Shown: positions 7,553-18,324, counted from the first letter of the stretch. The stretch is 44,573 nt of DNA from Thermodesulfovibrionales bacterium (GCA_046292975.1 JBKBPW010000002.1:1-44573), one strand, 5' to 3'. Translations and numbers: made by a program. The notes: generated by a model from the sequence alone, not told the origin.

Positions 7553-9766
7553 TCAACATTTCCTTCCCTCCTTTTCAAGGATCTGAGCTAATCTCATGAA
7601 TTTTTTATCCTGAAGTATCTCTTCAAGGGGTATTACTGTCTTCTGTCTCCAGTTAGGATAGGTATCTACTGTACCAGGCATATTCTGCTGATTAATGGCA
7701 CCAGTAATATCATCAAGGCTCACAAGGACTATCTTTGATGGGGTCCTTGCAAGGTAATTATATATTGCAAGGCAGAGTTCCTCAGTCATTTCCTCCGGGA
7801 TAAGGTAGTCACCCTTGAGAATACCCTCTCTCTTCAGTGCCTCAATTATCAATAGCCTGTCCCTCTGCCTTTCTTCCATCTGCATTATATAAGTCCTTTC
7901 ATCAGGATATTTACCCAGTTCTTTTCTCTGCTCTATATCCACTCCTTTCCAGAAACCATAAATAGTGGGCAGGTCATGGGTTGTTATTGCTGAAAGGCTC
8001 AATTCAGGATACCTGGAAGGTCCAAGAAAGGATGGATCAGGATAATTCCTTTCAAAATAAAAAAGCCTGTATGAAAGCATGCCATAATTTTTCAGGCTTT
8101 CTCCTACATTCTCACCAACAGTACCGAGGTCTTCAGCAATTATAATTGTTTTATTCCTTATACTCTCAAGGGCTATAATCCTTAAAAGGTCCTGTGAGGG
8201 AAAAGAAACATAGGCACCCTCTGATGCCTTCTCACCAGAAGGGATCCAGAACTGTCTGAAGAGTCCGAGGGCATGGTCAATCCTGAGGGCACCTGCATAC
8301 TGCATATTCTTTCTCAGTGTCTTGATGAAGAGATCATATCCCCTCTGTCTGAGTTTCAGTGGATTAATTGGCGGAAGACCCCAGTTCTGACCATCCGGAC
8401 TGAAGTCATCAGGCGGTGCACCAAGTGCTAAATCCAGACAGAAAAGACCCTTATTTGCCCATACATCAAAGCTCTCCTTTACCGCTCCTATTGCAAGGTC
8501 ATGGTAAAGACCAATGGAAAGACCAACTTCTCTGCATTTTCTATATAGCCTGCTATGCTGGTAATCTATCAACCATTGAATATACTGAAAAAAAAGAATG
8601 TGCTCTTTATTTTCTTCAATAAATTCCTTCACAGAAACACTTTCAGGATCATGATATTGAGCTGGCCATCTTTGCCAGTCTGTGGTCTGAAATTTTTCTG
8701 ATAGTGCCATGTATGTAGCAAAAAGTTTAAGATCCCCTGACTCATTTAAAACATATCTCCTGAATTCTTCAGCCAGAAAGGGGTCTCCAAAAAATTTTGC
8801 GATTTTTTGGGGTACGACAGATGTATTCCTTTTATAACCTCTTTCAAGAAAGGATTTGAAGGCCTTTTTTAATGCACTGAGTTTTAAGGATGCTATCTTT
8901 TCATAATCTATAAGTTTTTCATCTTTCAATTTCAAGATTTCTTTTTTAAATTCATCGCCTGCACAGAGCTCTGACATATCAAGATAAATAAAATTTTTAT
9001 ACAGTCTGCTCAGAGGTGAATAGGGGCTTATTCCAAAAGGAATAGTATTAGCAAGGGCATGAAGTGGATTAATAGCAATAAGCGCTGCCCCGTGTCTTGA
9101 CAGCCAGGGGATAAGCCTACTCAGGTCTCCAAGGTCACCGCATCCCCAGTTATCAGCCGAGCGTAGAGAATATAGATTTACAGACAATCCCCAGCATCTC
9201 TTTTTTTCAAGTCCTGGTGGTAGATAGGCCCTCTCTGGTGCAATAATAATCTTTGACCTCTTGGTTATACCATCAATCTCTGAGCCAGAATGATCAATTA
9301 CAACTTCAAGATCAAAATAACCTAACCCATTTTCCCCGCATTCTTTCAATCCTCTTTGTTCATACTCTATCTTTATGTATAATCTGCCGTGAATAAATCT
9401 TTCTTCCTGAATATTAAAATTCGTGAGCATCATATCTTCAAGCCTTTTGCCTTTTTCATCAAAAAGGGATACTTTAATACCTATCCTCTTGTCATTATTG
9501 TTTTTTACAGGGATATAAAGGGGAATCCTGACGGGCTCTGAAATAGAAAAGATATGAACAGGTTCAATTATATCAAGCCATGGATAGAGTTTTATTGCCT
9601 CGATAACATCCTTAAGGGCATCAGGGTTATTAAGGTCATAACCCATTGCATGGAGAATGGCTATCTTTGTCCGTATAGAGGCAGGAACATAATTTCCTTT
9701 TATATCATAATATCCCGGGATGATACCACAGAGTCCTGCAAGCTCATCCACCGGTGTCTTCTGCAT
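7553..9766 (-). CDS. malQ: 4-alpha-glucanotransferase (amylomaltase, GH77) with N-terminal extension
   Basis: 737 aa. GH77 motifs: GDLGDL, INPLH, SPYSP, LRIDHALGL, IIAEDLG, TTHD and NMPGT. Confidence 0.9.
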   Translation of the reverse strand: MQKTPVDELAGLCGIIPGYYDIKGNYVPASIRTKIAILHAMGYDLNNPDALKDVIEAIKLYPWLDIIEPVHIFSISEPVRIPLYIPVKNNNDKRIGIKVSLFDEKGKRLEDMMLTNFNIQEERFIHGRLYIKIEYEQRGLKECGENGLGYFDLEVVIDHSGSEIDGITKRSKIIIAPERAYLPPGLEKKRCWGLSVNLYSLRSADNWGCGDLGDLSRLIPWLSRHGAALIAINPLHALANTIPFGISPYSPLSRLYKNFIYLDMSELCAGDEFKKEILKLKDEKLIDYEKIASLKLSALKKAFKSFLERGYKRNTSVVPQKIAKFFGDPFLAEEFRRYVLNESGDLKLFATYMALSEKFQTTDWQRWPAQYHDPESVSVKEFIEENKEHILFFQYIQWLIDYQHSRLYRKCREVGLSIGLYHDLAIGAVKESFDVWANKGLFCLDLALGAPPDDFSPDGQNWGLPPINPLKLRQRGYDLFIKTLRKNMQYAGALRIDHALGLFRQFWIPSGEKASEGAYVSFPSQDLLRIIALESIRNKTIIIAEDLGTVGENVGESLKNYGMLSYRLFYFERNYPDPSFLGPSRYPELSLSAITTHDLPTIYGFWKGVDIEQRKELGKYPDERTYIMQMEERQRDRLLIIEALKREGILKGDYLIPEEMTEELCLAIYNYLARTPSKIVLVSLDDITGAINQQNMPGTVDTYPNWRQKTVIPLEEILQDKKFMRLAQILEKEGRKC

Positions 9767-11117
9767 CTGAGCTATCCTCCGGGGTCCCCCAAATATCCTT
9801 AAATTTTTTGGGGTGCTCCTCTTCTACCACTATTGCCTTTCTTTCAAGTTTAACCTTTGATATCCTCTGACCAACCATCTCCATTATCCTCAATTCCATC
9901 CCTGGAAGTTCTACAATATCATCCTGTTGAGGGATTCTCTGGAGTTGTGTGAGGATAAAACCTCCGAGGGTCTCGTATTCAGGAGACTCCGGTAATTCAA
10001 TTGAATAGTCCTCCCTCAGATCAGCAATGCTTATTGATGCATCAATGAGAAGTGTACCATCACTGAGTTCTATGACAGGGCTTTCCACATCATATTCATC
10101 CCTTATTTCACCCACTATCTCCTCAAGGAGATCTTCAAGGGTAACAAGACCTGATACTGCACCATATTCATCTATAACTATTGCCATATGAATCCTCTTT
10201 TTCTGCATCTCCCTGAGGAGATTACTCACCTTCATGGTCTCAGGAACAAAGAATGGAGGCTTTACAATCTTTCTGATATCCACTGTACCCGAACTGCTGA
10301 GGACATTAAAAAAGTCCTTTGCATAAAGGATACCCCTTATATCATTAAGATCCTTACCTGTAACAGGGTAACGGGAAAAATTCTCCTCTGCAATGATTGT
10401 CTTAATCTCATCAGGACTCATGGTAATGCCCACTGTGACCATCTGTGGAGCAGGAACCATAACCTCCTTAACAAAGGTATCAACAAACTCAAAAACACTA
10501 TGGATCAGCTTCTTCTCCTCAGGCTCAAAAACACCCTGTTCACCACCCTCTTCAAGGAGTAATTTTATCTCCTCCTCAGAGATATAACCCCTCTCTGTGA
10601 ATGTCTTTTTCCCAAAGGGCCTCAGGACAAAGTCTGTACTCCTTGTAAGTAACCTCACTGCAATGTATGCAAGCCTTGAAAATCTCTCAATAAGAGGTGC
10701 AACAAAAAGTGCCACACCTTCAGGGTTAGAAAGGGCAATGGATTTTGGAATAAGCTCACCAAATATAAGAGATACATAGGTGATAAAGGCAACCACAATG
10801 GCTATAGCTATTGCTTCAGCATAGGCCGAAATTAGGGGAAAGGGTAATTGAAGCAAGGCTGGTTTTATAACTTCAACTGCAGTGGCACCTCCTATGGCTG
10901 ATGCAAGGGCACCTGCAAGAGTTACTCCTATCTGTATTGTTGCAAGAAATCTGTCAGGAGCCTTTCTTAACTCTAATAATATCTCGGCATTTCTCCTGCC
11001 CTCTTCAATGAGCTGTTTTATCCTCGCCCTCCTCATAGTCACCACAGCTATCTCGGAGGCAGCAAAGAACCCATTCAGGATTATAAGAAGAAGGATTATA
11101 AATAATTCAAACCACAT
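9744..11117 (-). CDS. CNNM/HlyC-CorC family transporter (DUF21 + CBS pair + CorC_HlyC)
   Basis: The N-terminal membrane domain begins FFAASEIA. A CBS pair follows (VMVPAPQMV..., IVIDEYGAVSGLVTLEDLLEEIVGEI). The C-terminal CorC domain contains GGFIL. Confidence 0.9.
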   Translation of the reverse strand: MWFELFIILLLIILNGFFAASEIAVVTMRRARIKQLIEEGRRNAEILLELRKAPDRFLATIQIGVTLAGALASAIGGATAVEVIKPALLQLPFPLISAYAEAIAIAIVVAFITYVSLIFGELIPKSIALSNPEGVALFVAPLIERFSRLAYIAVRLLTRSTDFVLRPFGKKTFTERGYISEEEIKLLLEEGGEQGVFEPEEKKLIHSVFEFVDTFVKEVMVPAPQMVTVGITMSPDEIKTIIAEENFSRYPVTGKDLNDIRGILYAKDFFNVLSSSGTVDIRKIVKPPFFVPETMKVSNLLREMQKKRIHMAIVIDEYGAVSGLVTLEDLLEEIVGEIRDEYDVESPVIELSDGTLLIDASISIADLREDYSIELPESPEYETLGGFILTQLQRIPQQDDIVELPGMELRIMEMVGQRISKVKLERKAIVVEEEHPKKFKDIWGTPEDSSDAEDTGG

Positions 11118-11204
11118 AGTGCTACAGTGCGAGAGTGCTACAGTGCGACAGTCGCACGGTCACTCTATCGCTCTGTCGCGCGGTCGCTCTGTCGCACTTT
11201 GTAG
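11118..11204. repeat. 8-nt-periodic palindromic element (CAGTGCGAC / GTCGCACTG vocabulary)
   Basis: Reads gtgctaca gtgcgaga gtgctaca gtgcgaca gtcgcacg gtcactct atcgctct gtcgcgcg gtcgctct gtcgcact. The core palindrome gtgcgac-a-gtcgcac lies at 11143-11157. Confidence 0.85.
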
Positions 11205-11211
11205 TCTCCAT

Positions 11212-12444
11212 TCAGGGATTAACCGTAAGTATCTTCCTCACTATCTCAGGATACTGAGCTATAAATCTGAGCTCATCATCAGTGAGAGGTTTCTGGGTAT
11301 GGAGATTTGCATATTGAACAAGTTCAAGTATCTTCCTTGCCTCATTGTCATCATGAAACTCAATCCCGAGTCTACTATAGACATGCCTGAAACCCTTAAT
11401 CCCTCCGTATTCACCTGTGGTGATAACCCTGCCTGTCTCAAGAAGTTCAGGCTGCCCTCTTCCAACATCCTCGGGATCAAAGAGCTCATAATTTCTTCTG
11501 TCCTTTAATGCACCATCTGCATGAATCCCTGATTCATGAGCAAAGACATTTGCACCCACACCTGGCTGATTTATTGGTATAGGAAGATTGAAGGCATAGG
11601 AGGCATACTTTGAGATCTTCCATGCCATCTTCAAATCAATATGCTCATCAAGAGGAAGTTTTTCTTTAAGTCCGTGGGAAAACTTCAGGGCAAGTATGGT
11701 TGATACAAGGTCACAATTCCCAGCTCTCTCACCATATCCATTCACTGTAGTATTTATATAGGCGTCCACACCTGCCTCAATTGTCCCCTGAGCACCAGCT
11801 ACAGACACAGCCTCTGCCATCCCCAGATCATTATGACAGTGCATTTCTACAGGAAATTTGGTAGCAAGGGCAAGCGCCTTTATCCTTTCATATATGGTTA
11901 TGGGATCATCTGCACCAAGGGTATCACAATATCTGAATCTATCAGCACCAGCCTCCTTGGCGGCAAGGACAAATTCAATCAATCTATCAAGTTCTGTCCT
12001 TGAGGCATCCTCGGCATTCACTCCAAGGGTCTCAATACCTTTATCCTTTGCGATCTTAATTGCCTCTAAGACAGATTTAAGAAGGTCCTTCCATGTCTTT
12101 TTGCCCTGCCATTTCCCCTGGATCATTATATCTGATGTGGACATAGAGATATTAAGATGCTTCAGTTCAGGACAGTTCTTAAAGGCAACTTCAACATCCT
12201 CAGGAATAGCCCTGCACCAGCCCTCAAGATGGAGCCTTTTTATAACACCCATCTTTACAAGTTCAAGATTAGCATTTATGTAATTAACCTCATGCCTTAA
12301 GGTTGGAAAACCGACCTCACTCTGATAAAGACCCATCTGGTCAAGATAGAGATTGAGCATGGTCTTTGATAGCTTTGGAAGCAAAATCCTTGATGTCTGC
12401 ACTCCATCTCTATTTGTCACATCTATTAAATATACCTTTGGCAT
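11212..12444 (-). CDS. HMGL-like synthase of the homocitrate / isopropylmalate / Re-citrate synthase family
   Basis: 410 aa. DRE-TIM metallolyase motifs: DVTNRDGVQ, HCHNDLGMA, TVNGYGERAGN and HESGIH. It lacks the LeuA C-terminal regulatory domain. Confidence 0.8.
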   Translation of the reverse strand: MPKVYLIDVTNRDGVQTSRILLPKLSKTMLNLYLDQMGLYQSEVGFPTLRHEVNYINANLELVKMGVIKRLHLEGWCRAIPEDVEVAFKNCPELKHLNISMSTSDIMIQGKWQGKKTWKDLLKSVLEAIKIAKDKGIETLGVNAEDASRTELDRLIEFVLAAKEAGADRFRYCDTLGADDPITIYERIKALALATKFPVEMHCHNDLGMAEAVSVAGAQGTIEAGVDAYINTTVNGYGERAGNCDLVSTILALKFSHGLKEKLPLDEHIDLKMAWKISKYASYAFNLPIPINQPGVGANVFAHESGIHADGALKDRRNYELFDPEDVGRGQPELLETGRVITTGEYGGIKGFRHVYSRLGIEFHDDNEARKILELVQYANLHTQKPLTDDELRFIAQYPEIVRKILTVNP

Positions 12445-12465
12445 ATTTTTTATTATAACTTAAAA

Positions 12466-12495
12466 TTGACTTTGAAATACAATATCCGATAAAAT
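12466..12495 (+). promoter_or_regulatory. Candidate promoter for the fabG-acpP-fabF-rnc unit
   Basis: TTGACT at 12466-12471, an 18-nt spacer, then TAAAAT at 12490-12495. GGAGG lies just ahead of the ATG at 12541. Confidence 0.3.
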
Positions 12496-12540
12496 TAAAG
12501 CGTTTAGATTAAGAAATTCTGAGCCGGAGGTAATAATATA

Positions 12541-13290
12541 ATGGAAAATGAATTCAAGGACCAGGTGGCTGTTGTTACAGGTTCTGCAAGAGGTATTGGA
12601 AGGGCAATTGCAGAGGCACTTGCAAAAAAAGGAGCCTCTATTGTTATATGTGATATTATGTCTGAAGAGGCAGAGAAGACTGCTCAAGAGATTACCACAA
12701 AATATGGAGTCAGGACACATTCGTTGATCTTTGATGTCTCAAAGAGCAATGAAGTGGAAAAGGGATTTAAGGAGATAATTGAAAAAATGGGAAGAATAGA
12801 TATCCTTGTGAATAATGCTGGTATTACAAGGGATGCACTTCTGTTGAGAATGAAAGAGGAAGAATGGGATTCTGTAATAGCAATAAACCTCAAAAGTGTA
12901 TTCCTCTGTTCCAGGGAAGCTGTCAAGGTAATGTCAAAGCAGAGGTATGGAAGAATAATAAATATAGCCTCGGTGGTTGCCTTTATGGGAAATCCAGGAC
13001 AGGCAAACTACAGTGCATCAAAGGCAGGCATGGTGGGCCTCACAAAGACCATAGCAAAGGAATATGCAAGTAGAAATATTACTGTCAATGCTGTTGCCCC
13101 TGGCTTTATAATGACGAAGATGACAGAGTCTTTACCTGAAAATGTAAAGGCAGAGATGCTCAAGGCAATACCACTTGGTAAATTTGGAACTCCTGAGGAT
13201 GTGGCAAATGCAGTAGTATTTCTTGCATCACCCATGTCAGGTTATATAACAGGTCAGGTCATTCATGTAAATGGTGGGATGTATATGTAG
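12541..13290 (+). CDS. fabG: 3-oxoacyl-[ACP] reductase FabG
   Basis: SDR motifs TGSARGIG, NNAG and YSASK; ends VNGGMYM. Sits next to acpP-fabF. Confidence 0.93.
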   Translation: MENEFKDQVAVVTGSARGIGRAIAEALAKKGASIVICDIMSEEAEKTAQEITTKYGVRTHSLIFDVSKSNEVEKGFKEIIEKMGRIDILVNNAGITRDALLLRMKEEEWDSVIAINLKSVFLCSREAVKVMSKQRYGRIINIASVVAFMGNPGQANYSASKAGMVGLTKTIAKEYASRNITVNAVAPGFIMTKMTESLPENVKAEMLKAIPLGKFGTPEDVANAVVFLASPMSGYITGQVIHVNGGMYM

Positions 13291-13371
13291 TTATAAAAGA
13301 GGCATTGCCTCTTAAAATTTCAGGGCACCTTAAAGGTGCTCATATTTTTGTCAGAATCTGGAGGTGTTTGA

Positions 13372-13599
13372 ATGGAAGAGAAAGTAAAGGAAATAATAGC
13401 AAAACAGCTTGGGGTGAATCCTGCTGATATCACTCCGGAATCTTCCTTTGTTGAGGATCTCGGTGCAGACTCCCTTGATACAGTGGAGCTGGTCATGGCC
13501 TTTGAGGAGGCCTTCAACATTGAAATCCCTGATGAGGATGCAGAAAAGATTGTAAAGGTCAAAGACGCTATAGAGTATATAAAGAAAAAGACCTCATAA
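13372..13599 (+). CDS. acpP: Acyl carrier protein
   Basis: 75 aa with the phosphopantetheine site [18 protein letters not shown]. Confidence 0.95.
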   Translation: MEEKVKEIIAKQLGVNPADITPESSFVEDLGADSLDTVELVMAFEEAFNIEIPDEDAEKIVKVKDAIEYIKKKTS

Positions 13600-13631
13600 G
13601 GTAATGCGTAATGAGTTAGGGGCACATTATA

Positions 13632-14879
13632 ATGAATAAAAGAAGGGTTGTAGTTACAGGTCTTGGTCTTGTTACACCTCTTGGGATAGGAGTTCAGGAG
13701 ACCTGGAATGCCCTTATTGAGGGCAGATCAGGTGTGGGCAGAATCACACATTTTGATGCCTCAACTTATCCTGTACAGATTGCTGCTGAGGTAAAGAACT
13801 TTGACCCATCTCAGTATATTCCCGACAAAGAGATTAAAAAAATGGATAGGTTTATACACTTTGCAATTGCTGCAACTGAGATGGCTATGAAGGACTCAGG
13901 CCTGAAGATAACCCCGGAAAATGCAGAAAGGGTTGGAGTGATAATAGGCTCAGGAATGGGAGGACTTCCCATGATAGAGCATTATCACAAGACCCTTCTG
14001 GAGAAGGGACATAGACGCATATCTCCATTTTTTATTCCAATGATTATAATTAATCTTGCAGCAGGCCAGGTATCTATAAGATATGGTGCAAAGGGACCAA
14101 ACTCCTCTCCCTGTACTGCCTGTGCAACAGGAAGTCACTCCATAGGAGATGCCTTTAAGATAATCCAGCGTGGTGATGCAGATGCCATGATAGCAGGGGG
14201 CACAGAGGCGGTTATAACTCCAATGGGGATAGCAGGCTTTACAGCAATGAAGGCACTTTCTGCAAGAAATGATGAGCCAGAGCGTGCAAGCAGGCCCTTT
14301 GACATTGACAGGGATGGATTTGTTATGGGAGAAGGAGCGGGTATTGTTATACTTGAAGAACTAAACCATGCCCTTAAAAGAGGAGCAAAGATTTATGCAG
14401 AGATGATAGGCTATGGTATGAGTGGAGATGCTTATCATATAACATCACCTGCTCCTCAGGGAGAAGGCGCTGCAAGATGCATGGAGGCTGCTCTCAAGGA
14501 TGCGGGCATAAGGCCTGAGGATATTCAATATATCAATGCCCATGGTACATCCACAAAATATGGAGATGAACTTGAGACAATGGCAATAAAAAAGGTCTTT
14601 GGAGGGCATGCCTACAAACTGGCTGTGAGCTCCACAAAATCCATGACAGGTCATCTCCTTGGTGCGGCTGGAGGAGTGGAGGCAGTTATAACTGTACTTA
14701 CCATTCACAATAATCTCATCCCACCCACAATAAATCTTGAAAAACCTGACCCCGCCTGTGACCTTGATTATGTCCCCAACAAGGCAAGAAAGGCTGAGGT
14801 TCATTGTGCTATCTCCAACTCCTTTGGATTTGGTGGAACTAATGCCTGTCTTATCTTCAAGAGATTTGAAAGGGCTTGA
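13632..14879 (+). CDS. fabF: 3-oxoacyl-[ACP] synthase II FabF
   Basis: Active-site Cys in [12 protein letters not shown], plus the catalytic His motifs INAHGTST and [12 protein letters not shown]. Ends FGFGGTNA. Confidence 0.95.
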   Translation: MNKRRVVVTGLGLVTPLGIGVQETWNALIEGRSGVGRITHFDASTYPVQIAAEVKNFDPSQYIPDKEIKKMDRFIHFAIAATEMAMKDSGLKITPENAERVGVIIGSGMGGLPMIEHYHKTLLEKGHRRISPFFIPMIIINLAAGQVSIRYGAKGPNSSPCTACATGSHSIGDAFKIIQRGDADAMIAGGTEAVITPMGIAGFTAMKALSARNDEPERASRPFDIDRDGFVMGEGAGIVILEELNHALKRGAKIYAEMIGYGMSGDAYHITSPAPQGEGAARCMEAALKDAGIRPEDIQYINAHGTSTKYGDELETMAIKKVFGGHAYKLAVSSTKSMTGHLLGAAGGVEAVITVLTIHNNLIPPTINLEKPDPACDLDYVPNKARKAEVHCAISNSFGFGGTNACLIFKRFERA

Positions 14880-15552
14880 GAATTCCTTAGGTTATTTTTT
14901 TAAAAACAAGGCCCTTCTTAAAGAGGCCCTCACGCATAAGTCCTTTCATAATGAAAGACCAGATGAAGCCCCCGCCTATAATGAAAGACTTGAATTTCTC
15001 GGTGATGCTGTCCTCGGATTAATAATATCTGAATATCTTTTCAGAAGATTTCCTGAGGAAGATGAATCCAGACTTGCAAGCCTCAAGGCCTTTCTTGTCA
15101 AGGAGTCTGTGCTTTTCGATATTGCAAGGGGACTTGAACTCGGAGAATATATATTTCTTGGCAAAGGAGAAGAGCAGACAGGAGGCAGAAAAAAGACTTC
15201 AATACTGGCTGATTGTCTTGAGGCAATAATAGGTGCTATATTTATGGACAGCGGACTTGCTGATGCCAGAGATACGGTATTAAGGATTTTTCAAGATAAA
15301 CTAAAGGAGATAAGCTCTGTAGATATAATCCTTGACCCAAAGTCAGAGCTCCAGAAACTCTCTCTTGAACACTATGGAAAGCTGCCAGAATATAAAATAA
15401 TAGCAGAGCATGGAGCTGAACATAAAAAGATCTTCACTGTAAATGTCTATATCAATGGAAGCTTTTTTGGCACAGGTTCTGGAAAAAGTAAAAAAGAGGC
15501 ACAGGTAGAGGCTGCAAGAATTGCCCTTAAAAAAGTGCAGGCCCTAAAGTAG
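14842..15552 (+). CDS. rnc: Ribonuclease III
   Basis: Signature [12 protein letters not shown], plus a C-terminal dsRBD ([18 protein letters not shown]). The ORF is open from 14737 and overlaps fabF. The ATG at 14842 or the TTG at 14866 gives a typical length, so the exact start is uncertain. Confidence 0.88.
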   Translation: MPVLSSRDLKGLENSLGYFFKNKALLKEALTHKSFHNERPDEAPAYNERLEFLGDAVLGLIISEYLFRRFPEEDESRLASLKAFLVKESVLFDIARGLELGEYIFLGKGEEQTGGRKKTSILADCLEAIIGAIFMDSGLADARDTVLRIFQDKLKEISSVDIILDPKSELQKLSLEHYGKLPEYKIIAEHGAEHKKIFTVNVYINGSFFGTGSGKSKKEAQVEAARIALKKVQALK

Positions 15553-15576
15553 GGAAGAAGTGCCAACTTAGTGCTA

Positions 15577-15646
15577 CCCCTCACCCACTGCAGATGGTAA
15601 AGCATGTCCTGCTCATAGGGCCGTTCTGTCTGCAGTGGGTGAGGGG
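15577..15646. repeat. Hairpin element copy 1 (18-bp perfect stem)
   Basis: CCCCTCACCCACTGCAGA at 15577-15594 pairs perfectly with TCTGCAGTGGGTGAGGGG at 15629-15646. Confidence 0.9.
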
Positions 15647-15707
15647 CTACACAGGCTTTAGGCTTAAGGCTTAAGGCGATAGGCGATAGGGAATAGGCTC
15701 GCAGCCT

Positions 15708-15776
15708 CCCCGCACCCACTGCAGATGGTAAAGTATACCCTGTCGCAAGGCCGTTCCGTCTGCAGTGGGTGCGGGG
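15708..15776. repeat. Hairpin element copy 2 (18-bp perfect stem, compensatory change relative to copy 1)
   Basis: CCCCGCACCCACTGCAGA at 15708-15725 pairs perfectly with TCTGCAGTGGGTGCGGGG at 15759-15776. Confidence 0.9.
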
Positions 15777-15818
15777 CTCTTCAGCCTTCAGCCTGTAGCC
15801 TAATTTCCTTCAGCCCAT

Positions 15819-18251
15819 TCACCTAATTTTAGCTACCCTTCTTCTCAGTCTCAGGGAATTTGTCACAACGCTTACTGAACTCATTGCCATGGCAAGGGAT
15901 GCTATCATGGGATTGAGGAGAAATCCTGTAAAGGGATAAAGAACACCAGCTGCAATTGGAATACCTATAATATTGTAAATGAAAGCCCAGAAGAGATTCT
16001 GTTTTATTGTTCTCATAGTAAGTCTGCTGAGCTTGACTGCCTCTACAGCACTCCTGAGGTCACCTTTCATGAGGGTAATCTGGCTTGATTCCATAGCGAT
16101 ATCAGTTCCTGTACCAATAGCAATTCCCACATGGGCCTCCATAAGTGCAGGCGCATCATTTATACCATCACCAATCATTGCTACTATCCTTCCTTCCTCC
16201 TTAAGTCTCCTTATAAGCTTCAATTTTTCATCAGGTGTCACCCTTGCATAATATCTCTCAATGCCAGCCTTCTGTGCTATAGAGTCTGCAGTAAGCCTGT
16301 GGTCACCTGTAAGCATTATCACCTCTATAGAAAGTTCTTTAAAGGCCTTTACGGCCTCAGCAGAGCCCTCTTTCATCGGATCAGCAATTGCAAATATACC
16401 TTTTATCTCATTGTTTATTGCAATGAATACAGGGGACATGGCCCTTTTTGATATATCCTCTTCAAAGTCTTTCATAGATGAGGTATCTATACTATTGTTC
16501 TTTAAAAAATCACCACTGCCTATCATTACAGAGAACTGCTTATCTTTTATTAAGAATTCTCCGCTAATACCTCCTCCTGGCTCTACCTTAAATGACAGGG
16601 GCTCATAAAGTATAATAGACCCACTTTTTGACATATTCAATGCCTTCTCAACTATTGCCTTTCCAAAAGGATGTTCTGAAAGCCTTTCAATAGATGCAGC
16701 AATTCTCAAAAGTTCCTCATCTGTAAGTTCTCCACTAAGATTTATGATTTCCATAACCTCAGGTGCACCTTTTGTAATAGTGCCAGTCTTATCAAGTACT
16801 ACTGTATTCACACTCCCTGCTGTCTCAAGGGCCTGGGCATCTCTTATAAGTATTCCCTTTTCTGCACCAATACCTGTTCCAACCATAATTGCAGTTGGTG
16901 TTGCAAGACCAAGGGCGCAGGGACAGGCAATTATAAGTACAGCAACAAAATTCATAAGTGCCTGTGTAAAGGATGAGCCAGCAAGATACCAGACAGTAAA
17001 AGTCAAAATACCTATGCCTATAACAGATGGGACAAAAATTGATGCCACCTTATCTGCAAAGGCCTGAATCTGCGCCTTGCTTCCCTGGGCTTCTTCAACG
17101 AGTCTTATAATCCCAGCAAGCACAGTGTCCCTTCCAACCTTTTCAGCAATCATCTTGAATGCCCCTGCCCTGTTTACAGTGCCTCCATAAACAGTATCTG
17201 CTGAAGCCTTCTGAACAGGCAGGCTCTCACCTGTAAGCATTGATTCATCCACTGATGAAGAACCTTCAATTATCCTGCCATCCACAGGAATCCTTTCACC
17301 GGGTCTGACAATTATAATATCGCCCGGACTCACATCCTCTATTAAAAGTTCTTCTTCTACCCCATTTCTTAAAACCCTTGCAGTCCTGGGTTGAAGCCCT
17401 ATGAGTCTTCTTATTGCCTCTGATGTCCTTCCCTTTGCCCTTGCCTCAAGAAGCCTTCCAAGCAATATAAGTGTTATTATTACAGAAGAGGTATCAAAAT
17501 AAACATTGGGCTCAAGCCCACCCTTCAAAAATAAGGATGGATTAAAAGTGGCAAGGGCACTGTAAATATAGGCTGAAAATGTTCCAATACTCACAAGGGT
17601 GTTCATATTAGAAGTCCTGTGCTTTAAGGCACTCCAGGCAGCCTTATGGAATCTCCATCCTGCCCAGAATTGAACAGGTGTACTGAGGAGCATAAGAATC
17701 CACCATCTTGAAATATAAGGTATATCCACCAGACTTGCTATAAATACAGGAATTGTCAGAGAAAGGCTGAATATAAACCTCCTTTTCAGGTCACTGTAAT
17801 AGGCCTCACGTTCTATCCTTTCCCTATCTATGAAATCCTCTGCCCTTATCTCAGCACTATAGCCAGACTCCTTAACTGCCTTCTTAAAGTCTTCAATACC
17901 TGTGAGTGTAGGAATAAATTCAATCACGGCCTTTTCAGTAGCAAGATTAACATTTACCGAGATAACGCCATAAATAGACCTGAGTGCCTTCTCCACCGCA
18001 GAGACACAGGCAGCACAGGTCATACCCTTGATCAGCATAGTGACCTTTGAAGTTAACACACCATAACCCTGTCCTTTTATTGCATCAATGATTATCTCAA
18101 GTGGAATTTCTTTTTTTAATTCAATTGTTGCCCGTTCTTTAGAAAGGTTTACATTGACAGAACTGGCACCATCAAGGGTTTTCAATGCCCTCTCAACTGC
18201 AGAGGCACAGGCAGCACAGGTCATACCAGTAACAGGGATATCAATCTTCAC
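15819..18251 (-). CDS. copA: Copper-translocating P1B-type ATPase with two N-terminal HMA domains
   Basis: GTG start. Two GMTCAAC metal-binding motifs. Other motifs: TGES, CPC ([12 protein letters not shown]), [15 protein letters not shown]. Confidence 0.95.
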   Translation of the reverse strand: MKIDIPVTGMTCAACASAVERALKTLDGASSVNVNLSKERATIELKKEIPLEIIIDAIKGQGYGVLTSKVTMLIKGMTCAACVSAVEKALRSIYGVISVNVNLATEKAVIEFIPTLTGIEDFKKAVKESGYSAEIRAEDFIDRERIEREAYYSDLKRRFIFSLSLTIPVFIASLVDIPYISRWWILMLLSTPVQFWAGWRFHKAAWSALKHRTSNMNTLVSIGTFSAYIYSALATFNPSLFLKGGLEPNVYFDTSSVIITLILLGRLLEARAKGRTSEAIRRLIGLQPRTARVLRNGVEEELLIEDVSPGDIIIVRPGERIPVDGRIIEGSSSVDESMLTGESLPVQKASADTVYGGTVNRAGAFKMIAEKVGRDTVLAGIIRLVEEAQGSKAQIQAFADKVASIFVPSVIGIGILTFTVWYLAGSSFTQALMNFVAVLIIACPCALGLATPTAIMVGTGIGAEKGILIRDAQALETAGSVNTVVLDKTGTITKGAPEVMEIINLSGELTDEELLRIAASIERLSEHPFGKAIVEKALNMSKSGSIILYEPLSFKVEPGGGISGEFLIKDKQFSVMIGSGDFLKNNSIDTSSMKDFEEDISKRAMSPVFIAINNEIKGIFAIADPMKEGSAEAVKAFKELSIEVIMLTGDHRLTADSIAQKAGIERYYARVTPDEKLKLIRRLKEEGRIVAMIGDGINDAPALMEAHVGIAIGTGTDIAMESSQITLMKGDLRSAVEAVKLSRLTMRTIKQNLFWAFIYNIIGIPIAAGVLYPFTGFLLNPMIASLAMAMSSVSVVTNSLRLRRRVAKIR

Positions 18252-18324
18252 AACAGTACCTGAATTTATAAAATATTTTGTGCATATGTTCAGTATACTT
18301 TCAACAACAGTGGAAAATCAAGTA

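Larger units (their letters stand above)
15553..15818. repeat. Composite intergenic element between convergent rnc and copA
   Basis: GGCTTAAGG/GGCGATAGG units, centre AGGCTCGCAGCCT (15695-15707) and CTTCAGCC/TGTAGCC units are interleaved with two copies of a ~70-nt hairpin. Confidence 0.85.

Noticed and set aside
10882-11508. 208-aa plus-strand ORF
   Set aside because: It runs antisense across the 5' end of the CNNM transporter gene, through the 11118-11204 repeat, and into the HMGL-family gene. It has no motifs or RBS and is spurious.
12460-12720. 86-aa Cys-rich minus-strand ORF
   Set aside because: It overlaps the fabG start and the fabG promoter region in antisense, and has no RBS. The Cys richness reflects the antisense reading of Ala/Gly/Thr-rich Rossmann codons.
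15447-15719. 90-aa minus-strand ORF
   Set aside because: It spans the rnc 3' end in antisense and the hairpin/heptamer repeat region. It is an artefact of the repeat sequence.
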